Shown: piece after piece, positions 49,272-61,769 of the stretch | Position numbering within the stretch: position 1 is the stretch's first letter | Layout of the letters: every line of letters starts with the position of its first letter | Assembly (NCBI RefSeq): GCF_006345805.1 | Contig: NC_043022.1 | Coordinates: 20,026,001-20,090,000 of the forward strand | From: Octopus sinensis | Taxonomy: Eukaryota | DNA length: 64,000 bases | Direction: 5' to 3' | Program-made: the position numbers and the translations under genes | The notes under the pieces: generated by a model | Told to the model about the DNA's origin: nothing | The model's database searches: none | Seen by the model: the letters and a program-made list of their open reading frames with translations, nothing else

Positions 49272-49316
49272 CTGTAATAATATTGGGCCAGATGTGACCG
49301 GTTTAAATACTTAAGG

Positions 49317-50408
49317 GTTAAACTAGGCAAAATCGCTACAAAAACTTATGAAATGCTCCAGACTGCTGATGAATTAACTTTCTCGCTGACACAGGAGGTC
49401 CAAGGATGGTAGAGAGGAGGTGAGAGATGAGAGGCATGAGAGGGAGAAGGACATCAGAATATCAGAGCTGGTTGAGAAATACATAATTTTCTAGATGAAG
49501 CCTGTTGAGCATCTGTCTATAAAGGTGATAAGCATACAGTTTGGAGTTGGTGTGGCAACTGTACAACAAATTATTCATGAAAATCTGAACATACTCTCTC
49601 TTTCACGTGTTTCAGTCATTTGACTGTGGCCATGCTGGAGCACCACCTTTAGTCGAGCAAATCGACCCCAGGACTTATTCTTTGTAAGCCTTATTCTATT
49701 GGTCTCCTTTGCCGAACTGCTAAGTTACATGTGTAAAATTTGTGCAGAGTTTGTTTCCATGGTGCTCAGTGATGAGCATCCTAGAACAGAGTGTGTTCGT
49801 CAGAGCCCATCTTCGTTAAGAAGTTGGTAACTAACTACTTGACAAAGATGAGCATCAAAACTCACTCACCCTCCTTGTCGTCCAGATCATACTCCCTGTG
49901 ACAACTTTCAGTTGTTGCCCAAGCTGAAGGAAAACCTCAGGGGTAGAGTTTTGAAGACACCATCACTTTGCAGAACTACCATGGGGCCTTCACAAAGTCG
50001 TTGAAGCTCTACAAGTGCATTGAAGTCAGAGGATCCTACAGTGAAGGAGATTAGCATTTTAATACTTCTTTGAAATTGGTAACCAACTACTTGACAGAGA
50101 TGGGCATCAAAACTCCTTCACCCGCCCTATAGTCCTGACCTTGCTCCCCGTGACTTAGTTGTTCTCTAATCTGAAGGAAAACCTCAGGGGCAGTTGGTTT
50201 GAAAACAGAGAAGATAAAGCAAGATGACAAGGTGGCAAGGGTCCTGAACACAATCACTTTGCAGAACTTTCATGGTGCCTTCACAAAGTGGCTGAAGTGC
50301 TTATACAAGTAGATTAAAGTCAGAGGCGATTAGCATTTTCTTAATTCTCTGAAATTATTAAATGACTCTCCTGGAAAAGTGTGAACATTTCTAGAATGCA
50401 GCTTGTAT
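49317..50408 (+). mobile_element. Decayed mariner transposon with SINE-A insertion (49593-49728) and duplicated C-terminal region
   Basis: VKLGKIATKTYEMLQTA; KDGREEVRDE; IIHENLNM|CKICAEFV; HPPYSPDLAPRD (50119-50154); terminal ...TTCTAGAATGCAGCTTGTA. Confidence 0.88.
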
Positions 50409-50751
50409 TACTTTAAGCAATCTAACCAATGAGCCATTTGGAAGTAGCACAGAACTAGCAAGTTGCTACAGTAGTAGTAGCAGTAGTAGTAGTAGCAGCA
50501 GCAGCAGTCGTCGTCGTCAGATGAAACATGAAAATGAATTATTAAAGTGGCCTGTCACAATTATGCTGGTCATTCATTGTTTGATAATGTTATCATCATA
50601 AATATCATATATTTTATGCAATAAGGACTGCTTTCTCTTATAGAAGACAATTATGATATTGGCGATATTGAAGAATGATCCCGCCCTTGATTGGCAGCAC
50701 TACCACCTTGCACTTCGCTTGTGCCTGTTCTCTGCCACCCATGTTCCAACC

Positions 50752-50804
<53 letters not shown>

Positions 50805-50905
50805 TTGTGTTTTACAACCACTGTTGTTATTTAGCCCCAAGCCAAACCTATCAAGCAAACCTAAAATGAAAACTGTTTTGTGTGTGTGTGTGTGTGTGTG
50901 TGTAA

Positions 50906-51127
50906 ACGAGGTGGGGTGCTGAAAAAAGTTTCTGGCTTTAGGCAAAAGAAAATACGAGATGATCAGTTAATCATGATTTTATTCAACATATTCCCCTCTC
51001 AGATTCACACACTTATTGCAGCAGTCCTTCAGTTTTTCTAAGCCTTGTAAAAGAACTTGGAGGTTGGGCCTCCAGCCAGGCCTTTCACGACACCCATAAA
51101 ACCAGGACCTTTTCAGCACCTCCTCGT
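50906..51127. mobile_element. Mariner-derived MITE, ~220 bp
   Basis: TIRs ACGAGG(T)GGGGTGCTGAAAA / TTTTCAGCACCTCCTCGT; same family at 60139, 60297 and 61566. Confidence 0.85.
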
Positions 51128-51341
51128 GTGTGAGTGTGTGTGTGTGTGTGTAGTAATAAGACTAAAATGAATGGGTATTTTAAATTATAACTACACGTTT
51201 CCATAGCATATTTATTCAGAATACAAGTGTAACATTAAGCAAGTTTGAGTATGCAAAAAGTGTCATTTTATCAGGTAACACACTTCTGAATATTTTTTAG
51301 GCGATGTGTCATTATGACTAAATATTTTAGCAATATACATA

Positions 51342-51417
<76 letters not shown>

Positions 51418-51771
51418 AGAGACAGTTAGTGGTGATGGCATTCATTTTGTGTTTTTAAATGTTTATCACATCACAAGAGGAGATACTAATACACATTGTT
51501 AAATCAAAAGCAAGAGAGAAGAGGGACACAAAGAAGTGAAAGAAAGTGAGAGAGACAGTAGATACATAAATCCAAAGAAAAGTTCATACATAGATACATA
51601 CACACAGCAAATTCTGGATGATCAATTTCACTTTTCATTACCACATGAGGATAAAATTAACTCACAAATGGTTGAGAACTTCACAGACATGCATGTAGTT
51701 CTCTGAGAGATTCAGCCTCACACAGAATGACAAGGCTGGTCCCTTTGAATTACAGCTACAACTCAAGACAT

Positions 51772-52098
51772 ATCATCATCATCATCGCCGTCGTTTAACG
51801 TCTGCTTTCCATGCTAGTATGGGTTGGATGATTTTGACTGAGGGCTGGCAAACCAGATGGCTGCACCAGGCTCCAATCTTGATCAGGCAGAGTTTCTATA
51901 GCTGGATGCCCTTCCTAATGCCAACCACTCTGAGAGTGTAGTGGGTGCTTTTTATGTGCCACCGGCATGGGGGCCAGTCAAGCGGTACTGGCAACGACCT
52001 CGCTCAAATCTTTTTACACATGCTACCGGCAGAGGTGCCAGTAAAGCGACGCTGATAACAATCATGCTCGAATGGTGCCTTTTATGTGCCACCGGCAT
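51772..52098 (-). mobile_element. RTE-type 3' fragment, related subfamily
   Basis: (ATC)n, TTTAACGTCTGCTTTCCATGCTAG, GGATGCCCTTCCTAATGCCAACC. Confidence 0.85.
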
Positions 52099-52371
52099 GT
52101 GTGTATATAGTTTAGATTAGTTAAAACATGTTTGCAATAATAAATGTCGCGTAGTGGAAATAAACGCAATTACCCAATTTCATTCATAAATCCATTTATT
52201 ATTTCGTTCTTTTGCATTTCAATTTGTACATTAAGATTCTCTGAATATGTACGATGCATTCTGAGGTTAAATATTAATTCCATTTACGGTTGTGTAACTG
52301 AGATTATTGGTTGGATTATATAGTCATTGGTGTTACATTACTTTCTATATTCTGTAACAGTCACAATATAC

Positions 52372-52550
52372 TTTCCTAGGCCTGAATTTTTTGTGGGGAG
52401 GGGGCCAGTTGATTAGATCAACCCCAGTACACAACTGATATTTAATTTATCGACCCCGGTACACAACTGATACTGAATTTATCAACCCCGAAAGGACAAA
52501 AGGCAAAGTTGATCTCAGCAGAATTTGAACTCAGAACATAAAGACAGACG
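52372..52550 (-). mobile_element. SINE-B, tail type 2, with internal ~32-bp duplication
   Basis: AGGCCTGAATTT tail; ACCCC.GTACACAACTGATA twice. Confidence 0.8.
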
Positions 52551-52827
52551 GTCACAATATACAAACATTTCTCATGGCACCAGTACACTGTTTACAGATG
52601 CTTGCATTTTTTTATGTTTTCCGTGAATTTTTCACGGAGTCCAGCTAATTATCATTATTATTATTATTGACATTCTACAGATGTAAGGAAACAAGCAATC
52701 ATTCTTTCAAGTTCATCATGTTAAAGAGGTGTTACAAAATATATATAAAACACCCACCAGATAACTCTGACATTTTCAATTCTTCATAAGCACTTAAAAA
52801 GTAGCTGTCATGCAATATGATATATAT

Positions 52828-52877
<50 letters not shown>

Positions 52878-52934
52878 TATAAGTTAACATGGACATTTTC
52901 TAAACACTGGAAGCCATCAGTTATCTTATATTTT

Positions 52935-53145
52935 GTACTTGTTTCAGTCATGAGAACTGTGTCCATCCTGGGGGGATACTGCCTTGAAAGGTTTTAGTCA
53001 AACAAATCAATCTCAGAACTTTTTTTTTTTGTTAAGCCTAGTACGTATTTTATCAGTCTCTTTGCCAAAGGTGCTAAGTTACGGGGGAGGAGGCATAACA
53101 CACCACACCCGTGTATCAAGGAGGAGGGGACAAACACAGACACAC
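52935..53145 (-). mobile_element. SINE-A 3' half, older
   Basis: CTTGTTTCAGTCAT ... GGGGACAAACACAGACACAC. Confidence 0.75.
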
Positions 53146-53152
53146 AAATGTG

Positions 53153-53195
<43 letters not shown>

Positions 53196-54279
53196 CGTAT
53201 TTGCCATTTCAATATGGCTAACCCCTAAGGGTGGATGTACTGTAGTTTTTAGCCCCAGGAGGACACACTCCTCCAGCTGGCCATAGACACACTATCTGTG
53301 TCCTGTCAGTATTTGCAAAGGGAAGTCATCCTTCCCGTCTTCAACTTATGATACACACGGACTCGAGTTCGAGGTATTGACCTCTCGCAGCTGTGACAAT
53401 CATAGTTGTCGCCGAATTGATTTCCTCACAAATACTTATACTTTTTCCAGCGCCCACTGTCGCTGATTTGAAAAGTGAAATCAAACAATGATAAATATAA
53501 AGTGAGTATATACAGTAGCGGTAACACATCGTGTTATATATATATATATATATATTATAGATATATATATAATATATATATATATATGTAATTTTGACAG
53601 GCTTCTTCAGTTCCACATACAACAGGCTTCCTGCAGTTCCCATCTACCAAATTCACTACAAGGTATTAGTTAACCTACAATCCAAGCAGGTGGGTCCCTC
53701 TTTGGATAAAAAACTGAATGTAAGTATTTCTTCTCTTTAATGAAGGGTTCTACTTGAAACATAAGAACTACCATTTCCTCTCAAGCATACGAACACAAAC
53801 TTACCAGCATTCAGTCAAGCAAAATCTAAATCAGCGTGCTTTAGGAAACCCCCACTTGAGTATTCAAGTGTTGTGACAGCAAGCCTTGCCACAAGTGGCT
53901 TTATACTTGAAAAATAGTTGCACACCATTAAAGCAGAGGATTAAGAAAAAAACACTTAATGACAAACAACAGAAAGGGGTTAACCAAATCAATTTTTCTT
54001 TCTTTAATCTTTCACTTGTTTCAATCATTGGACAGTAGCCATGCTGGAGCACAAGTTAAATCAGGACTAATATTTTTTGATTTTTTTTTTGCGATTGGGT
54101 CTTGTTTTAGTCTGATATGGATTTCTTTTGATAAACTGCTAAGCTACAGGGAGACAAACAAACCAACACTAGCTGTCAAACAGTGGGAACAGACAAATAC
54201 AAACATTATATATATATGTGTGTGTGTGTGTAGTTACAGGTGCTACGAGTCCTGGGACTTTAGATAGAACTTCCATAAT

Positions 54280-54299
54280 TTACCCATTGCACCCTGTAT

Positions 54300-54340
<41 letters not shown>

Positions 54341-54370
54341 CACATATATGCATATATGCATATATATATA

Positions 54371-54402
<32 letters not shown>

Positions 54403-54600
54403 CACACACACATGCAAACATACATGTATACATACATGCACTCACACACACACACAACATATGTATGTATATATTATATATATATATATATATCTATATA
54501 TATATATACATATATACAAACAAACATATATTATATGTAAACATGAACATATACATGTGTATAGATATGTGAATGTGTGTGTGTGTGTGTGTTTTATCAA
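54280..54600. repeat. (TA)/(TACA)/(CA)n microsatellite block
   Basis: Direct inspection. Confidence 0.95.
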
Positions 54601-55093
54601 ATTCATCAAAACTGATTTACTGCTGACATCAAAGAGCAATTTTTTTTTTAAATCACAGACACACACACACACAAAACAGCTACAAAGTTATTTCTTGAAT
54701 GAAGAAACAATTTTCTTTGTGATTTATCTGTAAAAAAAAAAAACCTTTAGAACTGCTGACATTGGGGAGAAAAAAATAGCTAAAACACCAGCAAAACAAC
54801 AACCAATGCGAACAACATCCCATACAAAGAAGAATTACTCCTATTATTTGTTTGCTAATGTATTTCAGATATTTATAATGTATTTCAGATATATTTATAT
54901 TATTTCGTCAGTAAAGTTTTCCTCCTCTTCCGCATCTCCCTCTCTCCTCCCCATGCTTTTCTCATGTGTAAATTACTAGAATGACTTTCAACAACAAGAA
55001 TCAGGATTTCTAAGGCAGCATTGTTGATTTGGTTGGAATTAATTCAGCCATTAGAGAAAAAGAACATCAAAGAATTCCGTTGACAGAAGCAAA

Positions 55094-55137
<44 letters not shown>

Positions 55138-55904
55138 GGAAAGAGAGAGAATAGACAAATGAAATGAAATCCAATACAATTTTTCTAAATGGGCAGTATG
55201 GCATATGGAATTTTATTAGCAGCAAATTCTAGTGCCTTAACAAAGCCAAACGGAATTGGGTTTTGTTGTTTGTTTTTCCTTTAGGAGCATCGACTCTGCA
55301 AACAACAAAAATACAAATGCCCTTCGATATTTGTAACATGTTAAAAATCCTAATGCAGACACTGATCAGGACCAATTATCATAAAATAAAAAAATCTATG
55401 AAACAAAAACAAAAAAAAAATATTTGAAAATAAAAAAAATACATTCAAAAACATTGAAATCCTTACATTTTCCATTTTTAATCTGAAACAAATCTAGCAG
55501 CACATGTACAGATTTACATGCATACACACAATTTCACAGACATCCTATACAACATGAGTCTAGCCAACAACACAAATATCACTCAGCCCAATACTATCTG
55601 ATACTTGACAAATAGTGGAGTTGATTTGTTTGACTAAATCCCTTGAAGGTGATGTTCCAATATGAAGACAATCCTATAATTGAAATAAGCAAAGGAAGAT
55701 TTGTCATGCAGTGGTGAGGGACAAATACAAACACAGACACACACAAATGGGCTTCTTTCAGTTTCTGTCTACACAAGGCCTTGGTTGGACCAAGGCTATA
55801 GTAGAAGACATTTTCCGAAGGTGCCATGCAGTGGGAAGCAAACTCCTTACCACAAAGCCACCCCTGCACACACACACACACACACACACACACTCATGTG
55901 TAGT

Positions 55905-56301
55905 ACTCTCTTTAGTTGTTTCGGTCATTTGATGGTGGCCGTGCTGGAGCACCGCCTTTAGTCAAGCAAATTGACCCTAGGACTTATTCTTTGCAAGCCT
56001 ATACTTATTCTATCGGTCTCTTTTGCTGAACTGCTAAGTTACGGGGACGTAAACACACCACCATCGGTTGTCAAGCGATGTTGGGGGGACAAACACAGAC
56101 ACACAATCATATACACACACATACATATATATACATATATACAACAGGCTTCTTTCAGCTTCTGTCTACCAAATCTACTCACAAGGCTTTGGTCAGCCCG
56201 AGACTATAGAAGACACTTGCCCAAGGTACCACATAGTGGGACTGAACCCAGAACCATGTGGTTGGTAAGCAAGCTACTTACCACACAGCCACTCCTGTGC
56301 C
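55905..56301 (-). mobile_element. SINE-A, fairly young full-length copy; older same-strand copy at ~55600-55865
   Basis: Complete reverse-complement match. Confidence 0.92.
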
Positions 56302-57166
56302 TAATCAAAAAATATAAGAAACTAAGTTGAGTTTGGGTGCTGAAGAAAATTCATTGAACTTTGTTGAATCCCTGAATTCTATAAAAGGAAAGATTGAGGC
56401 AGAGTGGGTGGGAATAGATGTACAGTAACTACACTGACTAGAAAAAAAAAATAAATATAATAATAAATGCATACAGAAAATACACTTCCATGGGAAAATA
56501 CCATGTGGATTATTAAAATTGTTAAATAAAGCAAGCAAGCACATGATTAAATTGTAAAACAAATCATATTAAAAGTGTACATTATATTCATGTGAAGGTG
56601 TTAACTATAAAGTATAAAAGTCTTACAAGGAAAATTGAACAAGGAAAATGTTTGTAGGAAATTGTGGGTGCACGAGGGGAGAGCAGGAAATTTATTGAAT
56701 TAAATATGCAGGCGATTAAATTGTATTAAAAAGAACACATTCATAAGGGAGGCAACTGAATGTGTGTGAGAATATTTAAATAAGGGTTTTTTTTTTGTTG
56801 GTGAAGTAGAAACAAGGGAACCAAGAAGAAGAAAAAAAACAAGAGAAATAAGTCTGATAGCATTCAGTAAAGTCAAATTGATTTTGGAATTATTGATTAA
56901 GGTTTATAATGAGCCAGGAAATACTTAGGAGCATGTTTACAAGGAGATAAAAAGTGTAAATCTTATTCCTTATAACAGCTTGTTTCTTTAAGATGATTTT
57001 ACATTCTAGGCACAGGTATGGCCGTGTGGTTGAGAAGTTTGCTTCCAAACCTCACGGTTTGAGGTTCCGTCCCACTGTGTGACACTTTGGGCAAGTGTCT
57101 TCTGCTATAGCCTCATGGCAGACAATGTTTTGTGAATGGATTTGGTAGATGAAAACCATCATAAAT

Positions 57167-57205
<39 letters not shown>

Positions 57206-57221
57206 AATCCAAAAAAACTAA

Positions 57222-57630
57222 GAACAAACAAAAAAAAACAACAACATGAGGATGTGGTACATGTAAAGTATTAACAGATGCTCAAGGAAAGAAAGAGGGT
57301 GGTTTATGGTTTCAACTAAAGCTCTCCTTCAGAAACAGAGGAAAGTCCAATGGAAAAGGAAGATGGAGAGAAAAAAATTGCCAACGATTCACACACATAT
57401 ATGTCCACAGCTTCTTCCCTAACCCAACCTCCCAATCCAGCTCATCAACGCTGCCGCACTTGCCCCTACCTCTCCAACACCACCCTCCCCACCGGCACCC
57501 ATCATCGACCCTATCATATCACCGATTCCATAACCTGCACTTCTAATGATGTCATCTACTGCATCTCCTGCTCTCTCCACCCTTCTCTATACATCGGGCA
57601 AACAGGACGCCACTTGGCTGACCGGTTCCT
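57222..57630 (+). mobile_element. Penelope-like element remnant: GIY-YIG endonuclease fragment (57405-57630, +) with a putative inverted terminal piece (57222-57400)
   Basis: RCRTCPYLSN...ITCTSNDVIYCISCSLHPSLYIGQTGRHLADRF carries the PLE CxxC...VIY-x10-YIGQT...RF signature. Confidence 0.85.
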
Positions 57631-58204
57631 GTAGATTTAAACTGTACATGAACAACAAAAATTCTTATAAAACTCTTTTTCGCAAATCTACTGATGAAAG
57701 CATCACGTGCCCATATATTTCCATGAACATTTGACTACTAGAAATACTATCATGACTGGAAACGATATAGAATACAGTATGTATTTCAATATGTAAGCTT
57801 GATTTTATTTTCATGTGTCTCATCAGTTTAGTTGCACACATACATTATACCATATGATATGATATAGAAAAAACGGAGGGAGAGTAGGAAGGAGACAGAG
57901 ATGTATTCTCAAGACAAATCAAAATAATTCCCGATACACATACCACTTTATGTAATGGAGAATGTGCACAGCATTGTAAAATGAGCTGCTACAAATGAAT
58001 AATGATTCCAAAGACAAGGAAATTGCCATTAGTGTGAATGAACAAAAAAAATGTTATTCCCTTAGTGAATAACACTAAATGGAACTAAACACTACAACAC
58101 TAAAGCAATCCAGACTGGAAGAAATTAAAACAAAATTAACACCACAAACATACAAGAGAGAGAAAATGTTAAGGTTTATATGAATCTATATAGATTACAC
58201 ACAC

Positions 58205-58567
58205 ATAGTAATGGTTTCAAAATTTGGCACAAGACCAGAAATTTTTCGGGGTTGGGGTAAGTTGATTACATTGACCCCAGAAATCAACTAGCACTTATTT
58301 CATCAACTCTAAAAGGTTAAAAGGTAAAGTCAACCATGGCGGAATTTTATCTCCTTGTAAACATGCTCCTAATAAATTCAGAATGTAAAGACAGATTAAG
58401 TCGATTATATCGACCCCAGTGCGTAAGTGGTACTTATTTAATCGACCCTGAAAAGATGAAAGGCAAAGTCGACCTCGGCGGAATTTGAACTCAGAACATA
58501 GCGGCAGACGAAATACTGCTGAGCATTTCGCCCGGCGTGCTAACGATTCTGCCAGCTCGCCGCCTTA
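58205..58567 (-). mobile_element. Old tail-2 SINE-B (58205-58390) fused to a young SINE-B (58392-58567)
   Basis: Two successive SINE-B cores of different divergence. Confidence 0.85.
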
Positions 58568-58975
58568 AACCTATGGGTACCTGCCGAAGAATCTGACTTA
58601 AACCAGTAAGGAAGACATGCATTAAATGATGATGACACACATATACAACTGAGTAAACAAACAGGAGAGAAATTACTCAGTACATGTAATAGAGTATATT
58701 TGTTCAAGACTGATGATTCACTTCACTACACCATTGTAGAAGAAGCTTTCCAGTGAAGGAGCATACATGACAGGAAAATGAGTAGAGACAGTGTGAATGA
58801 TCAGCCTCAAATAAATACACACATATATATATCTATATACACACAAACATATATATATAGAGAGAGAGAGACTTACACATACATGAGTAAACATTCACAC
58901 ACACATATACACACATATATATATGCACATACATACACACAAATATAAATACTAATACACATGTGCACATACAAA

Positions 58976-59027
<52 letters not shown>

Positions 59028-60138
59028 TATATACATACTCACACTTATACATATATACATACACACAATTTACAATAAAGACACAATGCCATAAAAACCT
59101 CCCGGTATGAAACAGAACGGCTAAATGACATTCTGTCTTAACTAGATATACACGCACACATATGCATGTGTGTATGTATATATACACACACACACAGACA
59201 CACTATAAACAATATGTGTCAGTTCAATGATGCCAACTTTGATTTTTCAGCACATTTAACATATTTCCATTTTGTTTACTACAATGTAATCCATGGGAAG
59301 GATGGGGCAGCGGGGAGCTGGGGAGAGCACAGATTTTTTTAAAAGAAGTTTAAAAAAAAGAGAGAAAAAATTTATTTTTTCGTTTTTACCAAGAATTTCT
59401 AGTAAAGATCTTCAGAGTTTTAGGATATGTATACAGATTGATCATCATCATCATCATTTACTCCTAACCTGCACCTCCACTGAAAGCAGAGGTATGGATG
59501 AATGGATGGGTGGGTGAATATTATGACTCAGAAATGTTTATTTCCCCACCGCCACCACCATGACCCTTCTTCACTACTCTTTCTATGGCTCTACACCCCC
59601 GACCCCGCACTGATTTATACATCCATGAGTGAGTTATTCCGATAGTTATTCACTGACTGAAAGAGGATTACATTGGATTTAAAAATATTAAAAAAAAAAA
59701 AAATTTTAATTCCCCCTCACCTCCCACTACTGCTTTCTCCCAACAGAAGTAGAAGCAGGAAAAAAAAAAAATAAAATGAAATAATACTAGAAAAATAATT
59801 TCTTTTGACATTATGTAATCCCTTGTGTAATCCCCCCCCACACACACACACACCTACAACTTGGCATCTCCACTTTTAAGAAGACGTAAAATTGCAGAGG
59901 AGGGAGAGATGGAGATTTAAAATAGTTGGCATGCAGGGGTAGGTGATATCAATAAAAACTTGTTGGTCCTGTAAGATGTTGTTGTTGGAAAGTATCAAGT
60001 ACCATTAGATAACGGCTACATTTTCCTAAATAAGTTAACACAGGTGAATCAAGTTTTGCAATGAACATGGCTCAGCCTTGTGTCCCCTTTTTCCTGTCTA
60101 CCAACTGAAATTGAATAGACTAACTTCATGTACAGCCT

Positions 60139-60516
60139 AATTATAATTTTATTCAACATATTCCCTTCTCAGATTCACACACTTATTGTAGTGGTCCTTC
60201 GGTTTTTCTAAGCCCTGTAAAAGGGCTTGGAATGTTAGGCCTTTTGTGATATCCTTAAAGCCAGGAACTTTTCAGCACCCCCTTGTGTGTGTGTAAATGA
60301 GAGGGTACTGAAAATTTCCAGGCTTTCACTTAAAGAAAATACAGGAGGATCAGTTAATTATGATTTTATTCAACATATTCCCCTCTCAGATTCACCCACT
60401 TATTGTAGCGGTCCTTCAGTTTTTCTAAGCGCTGTAAAAGGTCTTGGAAGGTTGAGCCTCCAGCCAGGCCTTTTGCAATACCTTTAAAGCCAGGAACTTT
60501 TCAGCACCCCATTGTA
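60139..60516. mobile_element. Two tandem mariner-derived MITEs: partial 60139-60286 and complete 60297-60516
   Basis: Shared TTATTCAACATATTCCCCTCTCAGATTCAC body and AAAGCCAGGAACTTTTCAGCACCCC TIR. Confidence 0.88.
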
Positions 60517-60639
60517 TATTCGGACCAGATTTCCAGCCTGAAGATAGGATAACCCAGCAATTCTCAACCAGGGTTGAGGGTTCAGTAGAGTAAATTAGGA
60601 ACCAAAGAGGTCCACAGGCAAAATGTGGTTGGAAACTAT

Positions 60640-60830
60640 TCTCTTACTTTTCTCTTCATCATCATCATTATTGTTTAACATCCACTTTTCCATGATTGCA
60701 TGGGTCAGACGAATTTGCTGAGGTAGGTTTTCTACAGCCAGATTCCTTTCCTGTTGCCAACCATCACTTATTTCTAAGCATGGTAATATTTCCCTTTGGT
60801 CAGATATGTTTTCATGGAACAAAATTGGGA
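60640..60830 (-). mobile_element. SINE-A2 / RTE-type tail fragment
   Basis: (ATC)n, TTTAACATCCACTTTTCCATG, CATGGGTCAGACGAATTTG. Confidence 0.7.
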
Positions 60831-60939
60831 ACCAGCAATATCATATATATTTTGCCAGTATAGAAAAATGGATATAATGAAGACAATAGGCATAGATGGG
60901 TAGAGCTATGTATTCTTGTAGGACTCAAATTTGACATCA

Positions 60940-61202
60940 TTAAACCTTTAACATTTAAATTGGCCATATACGGCCCAAATATTCTACCTGTTTTATGAAC
61001 TGGCTAGTCATATCCAGCCTCTCACACCTACCCTACAATATCATACTAAAAATAAACAATAAAAAATAAACAATATCATACTAAAAATAAACAAGCACAT
61101 CATTGAAATCTCAACCCAAAAAGATAATGCATGATTGATTCAAAACAATGTGAATAAATAAACATTACATTTGACAAAATAATCTGAATGCTAAAGGATT
61201 AA
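60940..61202 (-). mobile_element. piggyBac-like TTAA MITE family 2 with small internal duplication
   Basis: TAAACCTTTAACATT ... AATGCTAAAGGATTAA. Confidence 0.8.
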
Positions 61203-61282
61203 ACCAAACACAGGTTGCTGGGTCTTAGACTGGTTGGTAGTGAGAAGGAAAAAGAAACCCAACCACAACCAGTAGGTTATCT

Positions 61283-61527
61283 CAGTAGTTCTCAACCACT
61301 TTTTGCCAGTGGACCCCTTAGAATCCTATTTTACTCTACTGAACCCTTAGTGCTATTCACTGTTTATAATTTAGTATTATAAAGAATCGTATAAAAATTG
61401 TTATAATATTTTGTGTATTGTAGAAGTACAACCAATTTAATGCTCAAACTTTAACAAAATCTTATGTGGACTCCAAGGGTCATGTGGACACCTCAAGAGC
61501 CATAAGGACCCCAGTTGAGAACTACTG
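61283..61527 (-). mobile_element. hAT MITE, related to family 2
   Basis: Perfect 14-bp TIR CAGTAGTTCTCAAC/GTTGAGAACTACTG; decayed TSD GGTTATCT/CATTATCC. Confidence 0.85.
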
Positions 61528-61565
61528 CATTATCCTGTCTTCAGACTGGAAATATGATCCAAACA

Positions 61566-61769
61566 TATGGGAGGGCTTTGAAGGTATCATAAAAGGCCTG
61601 GTTGAAGGCCCAGGCTTCTGAGTTCTTTTACAGGGCTTAGAAAAACTGAAGGACCGTTACAATAAGTGTGTGGATCTGAGAGGGGAATATGATGAATAAA
61701 ATCATAATTAACTGACCCTCCTGTATTTTCTTTTACCCAAAGCCAGGAACTTTTCAGCACCCCATTGCA
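61566..61769. mobile_element. Mariner-derived MITE, opposite orientation to 60297
   Basis: Retains QGLEKLKDRYNKCVDLRGEYDE* (61631-61699), the end of a mariner transposase. Confidence 0.85.
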
